Shown here piece after piece: positions 1 through 14,111 of a DNA stretch of 64,000 nt. The stretch's first letter is position 1, and every line of letters starts with the position of its first letter. The stretch spans positions 13,067,086 to 13,131,085 of the forward strand of contig OZ316895.1 in assembly GCA_973895155.1 (NCBI GenBank). The letters are read 5' to 3'. A program made the translations under genes and the position numbers. The DNA is from Marsupella aquatica (taxonomy: Eukaryota > Plantae > Marchantiophyta). A model generated the notes under the pieces. It did no database searches. It saw only the letters and a list, made by a program, of their open reading frames with translations, and had not been told where the DNA came from.

Positions 1-3000
1 AAGAAAAGGATTCTGTCTCCAAGTCTATCAAATGTTTCAAAGGATATAGTACTCATCTCATCTTGCAAGCTTTCTTGGACCAACTCCAAGAGTATACCAA
101 AGAGCAACTCCATCTGCACCTCGTCAACTGTTTTGTCAGGTAATTTAAATGCCAACCTCTCCTCGATTGATAAGAGATCTTCTGTGGTGGCATTAAATAT
201 CCTCGGGCAAATGTGTGACCTGACTGTCAAGTATACATTATTATAGATGGGTGGTGGTGGGTTGAACGTGAGAGCTTCCTTCTCCAATTGCTTGTTCCTC
301 TCCAAGTCTCTATTCTCTTCCAGACGCTCAAGCTTGAAGCGTGCATTGTCTGTCATGTGCAATTTAGCTGTAGTTGTGAATCTCTCTATAACACAATGAT
401 GTGTAAACAATTTATTGTAAATTCCTGCTCCAAGCCTTTTTGGCCATGTGTCCACGAAAATCTCAACTGGATCTCGTGGAGACCTTCCAGGTGGGATTTC
501 AATTAGCTCATCATATTCCAAGGGGATCCTCTTTGTAGCAAGGCACATCGTTGTCTCAAAAATTTGTGGTTGAAACCCAGCAGTAAAGTGCACCTGGAAC
601 AAACAACAAAATTACGATGTCTATGATGGGGTTCATGAGTCCAGAATCCACATTCATTTGCTAATTGAAGAGCACAATTGTACATAAGTATGAGCAAATG
701 CGTTCATGTATATCTCAATGGCTTAAGTTTGGCTTCATATAGAACTTACTTAGTTTGGACACTGCACTAGTCAGAGAGATGACAGAATATGGGTTGCATT
801 CAGATATATTTATCACTACTCTTCAGAAATAAAAATAAAAATAATTCCAAGGCCAAACTGGGCATGATATTAAGAATACTCCAATGATTTTCCAAGCCAG
901 AGTCTTCACCTTACACAAAACTTGTTTGCCTGGCTCAAGAATTCCTTGTTGCGGGTAGACCTGGAATTTACCTTGCACATTCTTCTCAATTGCTGCACTA
1001 TTGTGCCAAGAAAATTCTACTTTGCAATCAGTTGATAGACATTGAATGGCCAAGAGCCGATGGCTATCTGCTAGCTCAGTAACATAGTTAAAGTCTATCA
1101 GTTCAGTGGATAAAATGACAGGTACATCAGGCCAATTGTAGGTTTGTCCAACTTTTGGCGGCTCATTTCTTGGTGGGGATATTTCCAGCTCGAACCTATT
1201 TTTTGGATGAACTCCATTTCCTTCAATCATGAGTATTTTACCTTCCCCATTGCTTATATGGATAGGAACTCTCACACTGTAAAGTTTGGGTTCCAAAGGC
1301 TGGAACATCCAATTGAGTAAGATAGATTCTTGAGCAGGTATAACACCAATTGGGTTTTGACACCATAACACACGGAACCCAAAGTTAGCTGTCCTCATTT
1401 CTTCTAGAGGGCCATCATCCACCCTGTAGTCAATATCACATGGTCCCCTATTGCATAACTCAACAGTCTGGTATGCTGGATTGAAAACCCCTACAGGTGT
1501 GGGTTTTAGAAAATGTATTTCAGTGTCCATCACCAAAATTCTTGGAGGATCTATGACAGATCTTCCTTGGAGATTAATGTGAATAGTCCTGCCATGTTGC
1601 ACTTCAAGGATTGCTGGCAACACATGCTTTCCTTCCATTATGTGCACATATCTAAACCTTAAAAATTGCTCTTCCCCTGGTAAAATGTAACCTTTCCTGG
1701 GCTCTACATGGAAGAGATTGAATTTTCTTATAAGCATGAGTCTTCGTTCTTCCTCTGTAGGCGTTCCTGGCATCACCCAATTTTCCATGTCAACTTCAAC
1801 ATCATTCCACAACCTAACTCTCCATGCAACTGGGAGCTCGTTCCCACTTTTGATAACAAGGTCTATAATAGTTTGGTTTGTTGAGACAAGGTCAGCTCCA
1901 AAATCAAATGTGAAAGCTCTTGAAGTATCGCCATGATGACCACAACAAAACAGGTCTTCATATATCGCCTCTCCCAAAGGCTTAACATTAAGCCTCCCAT
2001 TGCACAAAGTATAATTCAACTTCCGAACTTGGAGCTCTTGCCACATTTGAGGGTTGCTAAGTCCCTCACTTCGAGCTGATGCAATAACTAAGTATGGATA
2101 CTTAGCATTGGCTCTCATTGATGATACAGCTGTGGCACCACGAGGGGATGACATAGGTAAGCCATCATTCTCGTATCTCAAAGGGTCTGTTTCAGGTAGA
2201 AGGTTGACATATTGGGGCATTTCTTGAAGGGGCAAATATGTTTGACAAAAAATACCGATGTCATAGTATAATTCCTTGATGGCATGGAATGTGACCAAGA
2301 TCTTGCGTTTAGCATGTCCATGAAGAAGTCCTGTTGGTCGATCAAAAGATATCTTACAATTATTCTCCACAGACTTTGAGGGGAAGGTGAATCCTAGTTC
2401 ATACCTTAGGCTACCAGCACTAAGATTTCTCAAAGTAATACGTGCCTTGCATGGAAAGCCCACCACAATAAATCCATAGTCTAAAATTTCAGGCTCAATT
2501 CTTATAGTTTCTAGAACTCCCTCTCCGTTGGCAATAAGTTGTATTCTATTCACTTCCTTTGTTGCAACATTTTCTATAGCCATGCCATTATCTTTAATAT
2601 AGGCTTTCTCTACATGTGCAAAAGCTCGACATGGTATATTACAATAGAAGAGTTTGGTCATCTGTGGTAGAAAACAAATAGATATGTTTACACTCTCCCC
2701 GGGCTGCAGAAGCCCACTTATAGGCTTGATAACAAAAATCTCACACATACGCTTAGGAACTTGCCATTCAAATTCTGTGGCAATGGCACTATCACTTGAA
2801 AGCGTAATGTACAACGTTGTTCTTGTCCCTACACTTGTTGGCTTGAATCTCATCACACCGTTTTTTTCTAGGACCAACTGCAATAAGGCAATCTCCACAA
2901 AAGATACCTTCAGAAAATGAACAGCAATTTGCTTTCTTTGGGATGTTCAAATATTTTGATTAAGCTTTGCTGATTAAAGTATTGGTTAGTCCCCAATCAG

Positions 3001-6000
3001 TCATTTTACAGCATTGTTTGAATTTCCAAATAAAACAGTCTTTCTGCGTTTTTTTGGATAATATCTTTTCAAAATAAGAAAAGCCTATTGGTAGTGGTAG
3101 ATATTGTGGCTTTGGTGATATTTTTCTGCTACTCACTGTTGGTTAGTTTTTCCTAACTTCAGATTGAACCTATTAATTTGTCATTCAAGTTCATAGCTTC
3201 AAGAACATGATAGAAAATGAATTACATGTACCTTAGGAACGTGGCTACTTCCGTTGAGAACAAATGTAAGGTTGTCAATCAATGAATGGTTCAAAACACA
3301 TTGCACATTGTTTGTGAGTCTTTGTGGCTCCCCTGCGTCGTACCTAAAGGTAATCAGCTGAAACTCGCCTGGTGGAATGAGACCTTGCTCAGGCTTTACT
3401 ACAAACTCTGGCAGAAGATTCCTTGGTTGGAATATGAAACTGCAGATACCAACTTAAATATCAGCGAGATAGATTAAAATATGACTACAAGTCAATGGAG
3501 GGAGTTGTGAAATATTAATCAGACCCAACCTCTGTTCAAGTGAGGACTTTTCAATCCATATTGAAGAAATATGTTGTGTTCATTTAAACCAGCAGTAGGA
3601 ACTCTGTACATAACAACGTAGCCCCACTATCTGGTTCTTTATACTTTCATTTTTATGTACATGTCCTAGGAGTGATACTAATAATAAAAAAGTACAAACA
3701 CATAATGACAAACTAAACGTTTTTTGCAAGATCTTCTATTAACACAGTACGACAAAGACTTCGTGTAGTTCAGAATTGGTGCAGTGCCCATAAGGTTGCT
3801 ATACAGTCAAGATTACGTATAGTGAGATATTTAAATTGGTGGATTCCCAAATGATATGGTTGCTGTAAAACAAAGATTTTGTATGTAATGAGATATTTTC
3901 AGACTTGTTGTGTAAGAAAATAATCACACTCAGAAGACAAGGGGTAGACCTACAAATTAAAGGAGGCATCCAGGACCTTTCCCTAGAGCTCTTAGGTTCT
4001 CAAAAAAATACAGGAGGGAAATATAGTTATACTTCTATAATAGCTAAGGTACCAAAGCAAGAATATCATTCACTTGATCTCATTCATTCAAAGTAATACT
4101 CAACAAGTTAAGATGTTGAGAAGAAAAGGAGAAAAACAAAGTACAGAATGTAGAATACCTCAAGGGCACGGTTATGTTGTGGTTGCGTAATATAATGGTT
4201 TGGTGGACGGAGAATCCTTTCAACACTGGGGGAAAGTTAACCCTGGTTTTTGATACAGAGTACTCAGGTAAGAATTCTTGACTTTGTGTTTCAAAACTGT
4301 GCCCAGCGGCACACACTAACATTGTCCATGGTGGTAGCACGTGATCGATGCTTGGAGTCCAAACAAACAACTGTAAGAATTGGCAGTAATGGTTGTTGGG
4401 TTCTTTGGGCTCAAATATGATACTGAAGGTATAAGATCCTCCCACAGGTATGATTGCTTTATCAGGGACCACATGAAAAGTGTTTCCTCTCAATTGATGG
4501 TCATGTTTTTTGGTTTGTTTTTGACGACCGGGCTTGATCCCTCTAAATTCAGCAGTTTTGGGCTGCTGAGGTGCCACCCAAAGAAGAGTGACAGGGGTAT
4601 GAACATTGTTGTGAACATGAAGAAATTGTGGTTCAGACAACTGAAGGCATTTTCCAAATCCAAAATCAAATACTTCTTTGTCAACAGTTACAGGTTCCCA
4701 ATACTCCAGCCGTCCAATGAAATACTCATCCCATATTTCATGATGATACATGTTCTTGTATCCTTCCATGCCACATTGCCAAGTCTTTGAGAAAACTAGA
4801 TATCGGGAGTCCAATCGAGCTTTCCTTTGTTGTGGGACTTCTATCTGTCCTGCAGCATTATCATCAAAACTTTGATTGCCATTTTCCAACCCGCTGAAGT
4901 TTTGCTGTTTCCCTGTCCCTTTCTCTAGAAGCTGTTCAGCCAATTCCTTTTGTTGAGCAGATGTTCTGTGCCGTGGTCCTTGAGCAGTGGACCCTTCCAA
5001 AGGATTGAGATAAACGTTTGCAAGATCTGCTGCATTAGGAGCAAATTTATCAGCATGACGTGGATCTGATCCTGGCTCAAATGTGACCTTCTTATCTACC
5101 TGACTAGAGGGAATTGTAGGTGATGTCGGATGAGCAGGTGAGCTAGTCTTGTTCTCAGCCCACTTTGGAGCTTCGATCATAGTGTGCCAAGCTCCTGGGT
5201 GACTCTCCCATTCTGCACCAGATAACCCTTTCTTTAAAGTTTTTCCAGAAGTGGTTGATGCTTGGAAGTAGGGCCTAAGGTTGCCCAAGATGGATTGTTT
5301 GGATGGGAAGTGAGATTTATCTTGATCAGCTGCCACTTGCACTTCAGCACAAGCTGTCTTCAAAAGCTCTCTATGTTGGTCCACATGATATTGAAATAGA
5401 GTTGGAGATTTGAGAGCCACCTTATAACAGTTCCCTAATAGATCACAGTATAGAGCATGCTGATCTTGAATGATAACAATGACTCGTTTGTAGTAATTTG
5501 CAATAACCGTTGGTCTGAAGTGGATTGTGATCATAGTTGCTCGATGGGGCCGACACACTGCCCTTGTTTGTAAGAACTCAAATACACTCATGTCATCAGT
5601 CATGAACTGGAAATGCACTGGGACAATGGATTGGTTGTCCAACAACACAGAGCGAGATACATAACCACCAGATTCCACGCTGCCAAAATCAAGAGAAAAG
5701 GTGGAGAGTTTGACAACAGGCCGTGCAGCGGTTCCTGTGCAAGCAAACGAAGCACGACATGTTTGACATGTGTGAATCTCAAATTTCTCTACACTGAAGT
5801 TGCCTGCAGTTATGGGACTGAAAATCACCTGCAAAACATTCATGAAAAAAGGATTCTACTTACCAAAGACACACTTAAGGATGGGTAGTTCCTGTTGAAC
5901 TTTGTAGTTTGGCTATAAGGAAGATGATAGGAAATTAACGGCCTTACAAGGGAAAAGTTCTTGAACTCTCACACAAATCAACATCTCATTATCCTTGTAT

Positions 6001-8606
6001 TATCTTAATGATTTACATGTACTGCACTAGAAATGGTGTCATACAATATCATTTTGCTTATATACTCCTTTATACAAATTTTGATGTCAAGATGTTATGT
6101 AAAAGGTTTTGTAATACAAATGCTAAAAAAAATTTTAATTGGGTTCTGCTCTGAGCTCTTTGGGAACATGGATCCCCATAAGGAGCTGTTCCCCCTACCC
6201 AAAGAACATTCTATAAACAAGAAAATTTACTCCTTTAATGGCAAAATATTCCACCAACATTATCTTCATCTGCTGGTATTTAACATGCTGGTATTTTACA
6301 TGTGTACCAAGCACTATACACTCCAAGCTAAGTACCTTGAATGTAAGAGACGAATTGGCCTTTATGACACCGTTCATTGGAATGATGTTGAAAATGTTGG
6401 CATCTGTTTTGCATAGCTTGTTTTCAAGCTTTACAACCTGAAACTTGGCTGGTACAATTGAGATATTTGTTACAACCAATGTCAACTCCTTTGTTGTACG
6501 GACAATTATTTCTCCAAATGCAAGAAGAGGAGTTGGAACAGCCAGAAAGGAGTACTTTCCAATTCCTTTCATTTGCAGTTTTGCATGAACACCTAGGTAT
6601 GTACAACATAGGGCCTACATGCAACAACCCCAGCAACAACACTTTCATATGTAAGTGAACCTTCAAACATGATAGCAAGTCAGAACAAGGGCAACTTTGT
6701 CTCCCTTAGATTGTTACTATGCACTGCCAAGTGTGGTAATAAAATCAACCATGAGCTTGCCAAAAGTAAATTTAGAGTTACATTATTTCCTTAAAAATGC
6801 GTCATAGATGACATATGCAGGCTAGAGATTCATAAATACAGTAAGTTGTTTGGAAATATTGCCTAGGATGGGCCATTATAGCCCAATTGTAACCTATGCT
6901 GGGCAAAATGGGGTTGACTCAGCTGGTTGTGACAGCCAGGAATATTTGTTCCTCTATACATTCATGTTACAACTATGAAAAATGCAATGAGTAATGGTTT
7001 CTGAGCCCCAAATGAAACATTTGAAGCCAGTATGTTGTCAGTGAGTTATTTAGGCTAATTTAGTGTTGCCAACTGAACACGACAACATACTTCAGATTGC
7101 TGAGGTAGTACTGTAGTAAGCCAGCTCAAATACAACATTCTCAGGATTCTGCTACTTGTTACTTAATGCATACATATGCATTTTACCGTAGTTGAGAATG
7201 CAGCAGCCTTGGTTGGTTCAAACCTACAATAAACCATCTCACTTTTGCCTCGTTGTATAGAAGAGCGAGTAGGATAAATAGAAAAAGGGAGCTCCACACT
7301 CCACTCATATGTGACATGGATATCTGAAGTGTTCTTCATGAGAAAGGTCTTCTCAGTCATATCATTTACCGGACCATATTCAAAGTCGATGGATGGAGGA
7401 ATGCCCAGATTTATTGTGGGAAGCGGACCTTTCAAGTTCAGAACAAATTGGCCCTGCCACAGGTGAACACAACTATGATAAATAGAATGTGTCTTTGGAG
7501 ATGCCCCGTCTAGACCTTTGAACCACCAGCTTAATTTAATCTTGATTTTTTGGGAAACAATTTTCTTTGTAAGAAGAAAAGAAGAAGATGCTCTTGTTGT
7601 CCCTGTATAAGAATGATCAAAGTAAAACAAACAAAAGTGAAAAGGTAGTAAAACCAGAGCTCTAGAAAACCAACCCTCCATGGACAAATCAAGATTTTTG
7701 AATTTAAGCTCTTGGCATGTGAATTTAGTCTAGAGAATTTCTCGGGATTCAAAGGGATGCCTTGATAAATTCCCAGGAAAGCTTTTAAACACAGCTCATA
7801 GACTAGGTATAATCCTGTCTGCCATTCAAATGATTTACACTCAAAATGTGTCTCTTAAAAACATTAAATGTCCAAAGTACAGTGGCTTCATTTGAAAAAG
7901 CATACCCGAAGTGTTCTGAATTGGATAGAGCTTGTGTAGGTTTCAAGACCCGCCGGCCTAAACACAATATTGATGGCAGCGATCATCATTGGACCTAGCT
8001 TGGCATGTGGCTCTTGAAACTGCACCTCAAAGTAGGGTGAAATTGGTGGCTCCCATCTCAAAATCTGTTGGAGACAAGCAGTTCCATTCAGATCTACTTG
8101 TTTCTTAGACCAGGGCCAACTCAAGCAATACACCATGGAATCCTGAAGCTAAACTAGACTTGCTGGGCTGTCAACGGTCACTTGAGAATATATGATTGGA
8201 TATGATTGGATATACTGTCAACAAACTTCACAAGAGTGCATTCTGCCAGGGTTGAGTGATCCCTATCGAGTGATCTCACATCTATCTAGCAACAGTTTGA
8301 CAACATCTTATTGTAGCATTGCTTACTCAAAAACTTAAGAGTAAAAACTATAGCATTCCCTGATTACATGGCAATTGTCATTCTTAAGGCATTAGATCAG
8401 TGACTTGCACTAATTTCTTGGAACTGAAGTTTAGTCAAGTCATAGTGAGCATTTACCTGAGTTTTAGTGGCAATATTTTTTACCACAAATGTTTTCAAAT
8501 ACTCATGTCCGGGATCCCAAGATGTGTAAACAATAGAGTCAACACAATCAAGTTTAAGCTCCACACGCCGCTGATCACGAACTTGGCTCTTTGTGAGGGA
8601 CTCCAT
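1..8606 (-). CDS. CFAP65: Cilia- and flagella-associated protein 65 (CCDC108 family, ASH/Ig-like repeats); multi-exon, 3' end runs off the window start
   Basis: Phase-compatible GT-AG exons read by hand: 8606-8457, 8064-7906, 7453-7174, 6592-6336, 5828-4159, 3439-3232, 2877-910, 593-<1 (about 1,760 codons without a stop). The N-terminus (LDCVDSIVYTSWDPGHEYLKTFVVKNIATKTQ-ILRWEPPISPYF...IVFRP...GQFVLNLKGPLP) and repeated 'LDFG...L.N...F.V.P..G.I.PG' units match CFAP65 as I recall it. Exons 3439-3232 and 593-1 are absent from the ORF track but open in frame. The exon 3/4 junction is the least certain. Confidence 0.88.
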
Positions 8607-10224
8607 AGTAGGGGCAACCTTAGAGATGAAGGCAAAACTGCATGAAATCTAATCTATGTCTTGAGTGGTCGCTTTAATTGTTGAATTTCTTGAATAAACA
8701 CTGGTTTTCATATCTTCTTGTTGCCCAAACACTCTCAGATTGCAAACCTGGAAACAAAAAACTGGTACTTCTGACTTTCACAAGAATATCCAAAAGACAC
8801 AGAGGAACTATTTTCTCCTATGTGTCAATGAAGATTTGAGCTCCTATGTAAGTGTACCTTAAGGCATGTTCCCTCTCGATACGGACATTCAAAATAAATA
8901 ACATACGTTTTCTTTGCACTTTCCTTCTAACATCTATGATAACCTTAGTCCAGGAAGTCCATACACTACAATACCTTGCTATCAACATCTCCCATGATAG
9001 GGCTTACTTTGAGGTAGCACTTTCTTCTCACTCTTTCTGTACAAAGTCTTTTACCTTTGAAATCTTACATGAGAAGTCTATACATATAGATAATTTTGCT
9101 TCAATCCCCACTGCATCCTCACTGTTCTTCCAATTTGTTACAAGCTGAGGTTGATGATCACAAACCTAAATAATTAGGTTAATCTGTTTGGTCTCATTTC
9201 TCTTCACTTAACCAAGGAAGATACCACAATTGCCCTAAATACTTTAGAAATTAGTCTTCTGGAGTGGGCCATACTTCCATGCTATAATTGATTGCCTCTT
9301 TGACAATAGCTGTAGATTGGTTTAAGAGCTGTCTGGAACCCCACATGCCCAATTTACATATATTCTCCTTGCAGAAAGATGACCCGAATGTGAGATCCAA
9401 TGAACTCCAAATTTCTTTAAACTAACAACGGTGATTTTAATGTCATAGCTGAAGTGAGGGACCTTGCTCACATAGATTGACCTTCCTTGTACCTTAATTT
9501 GTCTGATGGTTTCTATCTTCTTTGATGGAGCTGTGGGAGGAAGGTTTTACTACTGACATTAGCCTTGATTTTCCGCACAAATGCCTGCTAGTCTTTTGAA
9601 GGGACACTCATGCGAACAATATCCATCATGCATAATTTGAAATAATTATGCCTTGGCCTATGCATTAACCCATGGCACCAAATGACAGTACTCTGCCTCG
9701 AAGAAAAAATGGTAAACAAGAAGGCTCCATACTATGGTACAGCACGGTACTATACCATATGATAAGGGAATTTTACACAAAAGAGTGCACGGATGGACCA
9801 TTGGCATGAACCTTGCAACCTGGATGGACCAGATGACTATTGACCAAAAAATCTGGATTTTTCTACACGGAGAACTGCTCTCTGAGTATAATAAGGTTTT
9901 CTGGCTGTCAATGTGCGTTTGGCTGGTCCTCATATCTTGACGGATGCCTCCCCTATGGCACATGTTTCAAAGGAATTTGCTACCAATATTCTAATAACTA
10001 TTTTGAGATGTGAACTGCATAATACATGTTCATACACTAGCCTGACCTCGCGTCCTTTGCACGTAATTAGAGGAGAGGCCTGAGCTGCCTAGGCTGTGTC
10101 TATTCACACCCCCACCCTCAACTAACTCTGGCTGCACTCCCAAAGTCACTGTCTAGAGATTTCACTCTAGCAACAGGCTGTGAAGAATAAATAGCTTCAT
10201 ATTGCACTTTATCAGTTACTTAGA

Positions 10225-10410
10225 TTCTAGACCATTAGCTGGAGATTCACCAACATCCACTTTTTCATGCATCAGGAGGTATGCTATAGTTTAATTAAAT
10301 TCTAGGCCATTAGCTGGAGATTCAAAAACATCCCTTGTCATGCACCAAAAGGTATGCTATAGTTTAAATTATAGACCAGTAGATGGAGAACCACAAATAT
10401 CTGTGTTCAT
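10225..10410. repeat. Degenerate tandem repeat, ~75 bp unit, ~2.5 copies
   Basis: TTCTAGaCCATTAGCTGGAGATTCA...CATGCA...AGGTATGCTATAGTTTAA recurs at ~10225 and ~10301, with a partial copy at ~10370. Confidence 0.7.
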
Positions 10411-13400
10411 GCATAAAGGTGTGCACCAACTTATTTTTTAAGTGCAAAACTTTGCCACATTCCACCCCCATACTGAGAAGTATATGTCACGTTTAGCTTT
10501 TCAAATAAACTCACCATTAATTTTCATTTCACATTCAAGTGAAACTGTATTGACCACACTTATTGCCATTTTCACTTCACATTTTCACTTCACACCAGGT
10601 AACATTGGCCACTTTGGCATATAAAGAGAAAGCTTAAAAGTTAAGCTAGTATGCAGTCTGCATAAAACAGAAACATGTGACCACTGCACACACAGCACAT
10701 GCGCAATCAACCTTGCATTGTTTCCATTGGCTTACACTAGTAGGGACTCTCAAACCTGCTGTTAGTTTGTTTTGCTCCAGTTACAAATTGCTATCTCTGA
10801 CCTGGCCCAAACCCATTTTTGGTTGAAATCTAGAGGGTTTCTTGGTCCAGGGTTACAACATGCGTCAGCAGGTCAACTTGACATCACAGACTTTTCAATG
10901 AGTGCCTTTGATTCTTGAAGGACACCAACACATTTTCACGGAGCAATGTTTGGAGTGGGCACAAGTATGCCAACTCCCTGAGTTGCTGAGGGCCACGTTT
11001 TGTGAGAGCTGCAGACTCTCTCACCCTTTCCCAGCCTAGAGCATCCGGTAAAGGTACATGGTTGTAAAAGTAGTGGTTGCGACGCTGATTAGAGTAATTC
11101 ACATACAATGGCAAATGTTTATAGCACAATTATGGAGGTATTTGTTTGACGGCACCCCAAATGGAAAGTGTTGGGTCCACCCATCCTTAGAGTTCATGTA
11201 GAATACATGAAAATTTAAAAATAATAAAATGAAAATAATAGAATGAAATAAAAAATGTTATTTGATAGTACCCAGAGATTTTGGGAAGGTTGAATCAAGG
11301 TCTAACAAGAGTCAATTAATGGTCTGGATCACTCAAGGGGTCTAACAAGTCAATTAATGTTCTGGATGACTCACGGGTCCTGTCTAGTGACACTTTTAAT
11401 GACCTGCACAATTGGGCAGTCTCCACGAGTTTCCTGGAATCCTACAAATGAATCGGTATACAATGGGGAAGAGCGAACCTGGGCGACCAAGCGAATCCTA
11501 GCTTGCATGATTTGGTTCTCGGGAGAAGGGCAGCAATCTATGGGACTGATGAACAAGCTTTTCCAAGGTAGCATTTCAGCAATTATTGAACATTTCTTTC
11601 CCACGTGGAGAAACGCCGTCCAGTTCTTCAAAGCTTGCCAATTTCATACAGGTCCTCTTCACAGTGAAGCTCGATGGATGCACCTTTATTTCCTCGATCC
11701 ATTGTGTGACTGCGTTGCACAGTCGATCCAGCTGGAAGGGCGAATCCAATTCACACAGTGTTGATTGGATTCGTTCGCTTGTTGCTGCTGGGGAAGCGTG
11801 CCCCAACAGGTTTTGTCATTAGCTGCCGCTCAAAGGATCATGATGATCATATTTGTGATTAATGACGTAGAAGTCTAGCGCGATCACCGGTGAATCTGCT
11901 TTGATCAAAAGGTGGAACACTTTGATATTAGAATGATGGTTGTGACTGAGTGAAGCCACCCTGAGTGACTGAGTGACTGAGACTCAGGTCATTGATTTGG
12001 ACGATGGGTCCACGTCCATGTTGTCCAACGGCGGGGAAGATGGTACGCTGTTCTGTAATGAGTGTACCAGCCCTAGATCGCAGGAAATTGTTACAGTGAT
12101 CCGATGCCCACTTTATTACTGTAGCTCCATTGTGTTATATTGAAATCCCCTCCAGCTAGCCAAGGGCGAATTTATCGTCTAACATGGGGCAGAGCCACAA
12201 TGCATTACGAACTCTTCGCTCCCTCTTGCTTTGCAAATCGACCCTTTTTGATTGCAGTAAACAAGTAAATACAGAGGAAGCAGAACGAATGTCCATCAAC
12301 CACAGCGATGACTGGCAAAATCCTGTTGGGTCCAGCTTGATTATTGAACAATTAAAGTATATGCAGTAACAGGGAGGACTGATGTCCAGAGGTTTCATTA
12401 ACAAGAATGAGCAAAGCAACATCAAAACCAGAACCATGCCATACGATGCTCAAGAACGGGTTACATGATTATGTAGCCAATCCTGTTCAACTGCCAGTCT
12501 GCCATAATTTCACGAGACCACCAACAGCTGGATGATTGTATTGAACAACTTGGTGGAGCTGACCTTCGCCAAGTAGTTCCTGCCATGCTGTGCGCAACGA
12601 TTTCCGCGAAGTCAACTATGCAGTTCTCTCTTAGAGAGAGAGAGGGAGAGAGAGAGACGTGATGTTTTGCCAAGTAGCACCTGGTGAAAGACATAGCCGC
12701 CCCAATCTTACATCGTTCATCCTTCTTTCCGCCTTTCTGCATCCGTCGGCCATCAATATGCGTAGGACTTTTCTTCGTTTGGCCATCATTCATCCTTCTT
12801 TCCGCCATTCGGCCTCCGTGGGCCATCATGATTGTTAGTTCAGTCGTTGTATGAAACTCGGAACAATATTTTCTGAGAATCTGCCCGAGTGATTTGCTTG
12901 GTGATCTCAAATAAAAATGTTTTACTTGATAGGACCCGGAATGATCCACATCATTAATTTACCTTGAATAGACCTACCTGAACTTTCAAGGGTACTATTA
13001 AGTAAAACATTTCCATTTGAGATCCCACCAAGAAAATCTCTCAATCTGCGCAGGACTTAAACGATCTCACAATTTTACTGAGATATCGCGCAAGTACATC
13101 TGCGTGCGTACGTACCACAATAAAACTGACCCGAGCCACAAGTAAACTGTACGGCAGAGAGTCAAAGACGGAGAGAATTATACGTCCGCTCAATTATATT
13201 GTATCAGTAGGCAAAAAGTAGATGCTATCGACTCTGACTGTATCGCTTGTTCTTAGTGATTATGCTCTGGCCACCTCCTTTCTCCCTGGGCGTTCACGAA
13301 ATCCTGGAAAGCACGTAACTCTTTCTCACCCATCGAGGAGATGGTTCTAATCCGTTGTTTCAGTCATGAATGTATTCATTCACTCTAGCCAGGAAAGCCG

Positions 13401-14065
13401 CCTAGAATGGAAGCAAGTCCTGCAGCTAGCTATCATAGCCTTCTAAAGGCCGTTTCCTTAGAGACAGAAAATCGTCTCGATAGTGTTCACGCGTCTCCAA
13501 AATTCGTCCACTCCGTTGCGTCTGTTACCAACCCAAAAGAACAAAAAGGGCTGAATCTGGATACAAGACCCAATCGTGAAGAGACGCGGGAAATATGGAA
13601 TCTCTTCAAAGCAGAGAAAAGAAAAAGTCTATCACTTTTACCTTTTATTCAATAAATCGGATGCATTTGATATGACAATGAGACACAAGCCAGAGCTAGT
13701 TTCAATATGCTAGCGCTGACAGCAAATTCAAGTCTCGATCTTGAGAGTTTCACTATGTCAAGATTTTGGTGCGTGGAATAGGTCGATCTCTCGCTTTTCC
13801 TGGTAGAAAAGCAGGCGTCCAGATTGAAGCTCGGTAGGGAATTAACTTAACTCTGACAAGGTCACATGTCCGAGTGTCCTCTCTATCCTAATGATCAGAC
13901 TGTCAAAATCGCATCGAAATGGAAAGAAGAGTAAACAACTCATGAATGCACATGCATTACTGCGAATTCCAAAACGGAAGTTTCGAGCGGTACGATTTTG
14001 TAGTTTGTGCCGTGTTTTGAAGTTCGTCTAGTTCGGTAAATCCACCTTGCTCATTCTAGCCTCTT

Positions 14066-14111
14066 AACGAAACGAAACGAAACGAATCCAATCCAATCGA
14101 ATCGAATCGAT
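14066..14111. repeat. Compound pentanucleotide microsatellite (AACGA)4(ATCCA)2(ATCGA)3
   Basis: Read directly from the sequence. Confidence 0.85.

Noticed and set aside
11357-11822. Overlapping ORFs of 76-135 aa
   Set aside because: Only vague LINE-like tryptophan spacing; no recognisable domain or exon structure to support a call.
12461-12949. 162 aa minus-strand ORF
   Set aside because: Runs through a GA microsatellite and a local duplication and has no recognisable motif; probably spurious.
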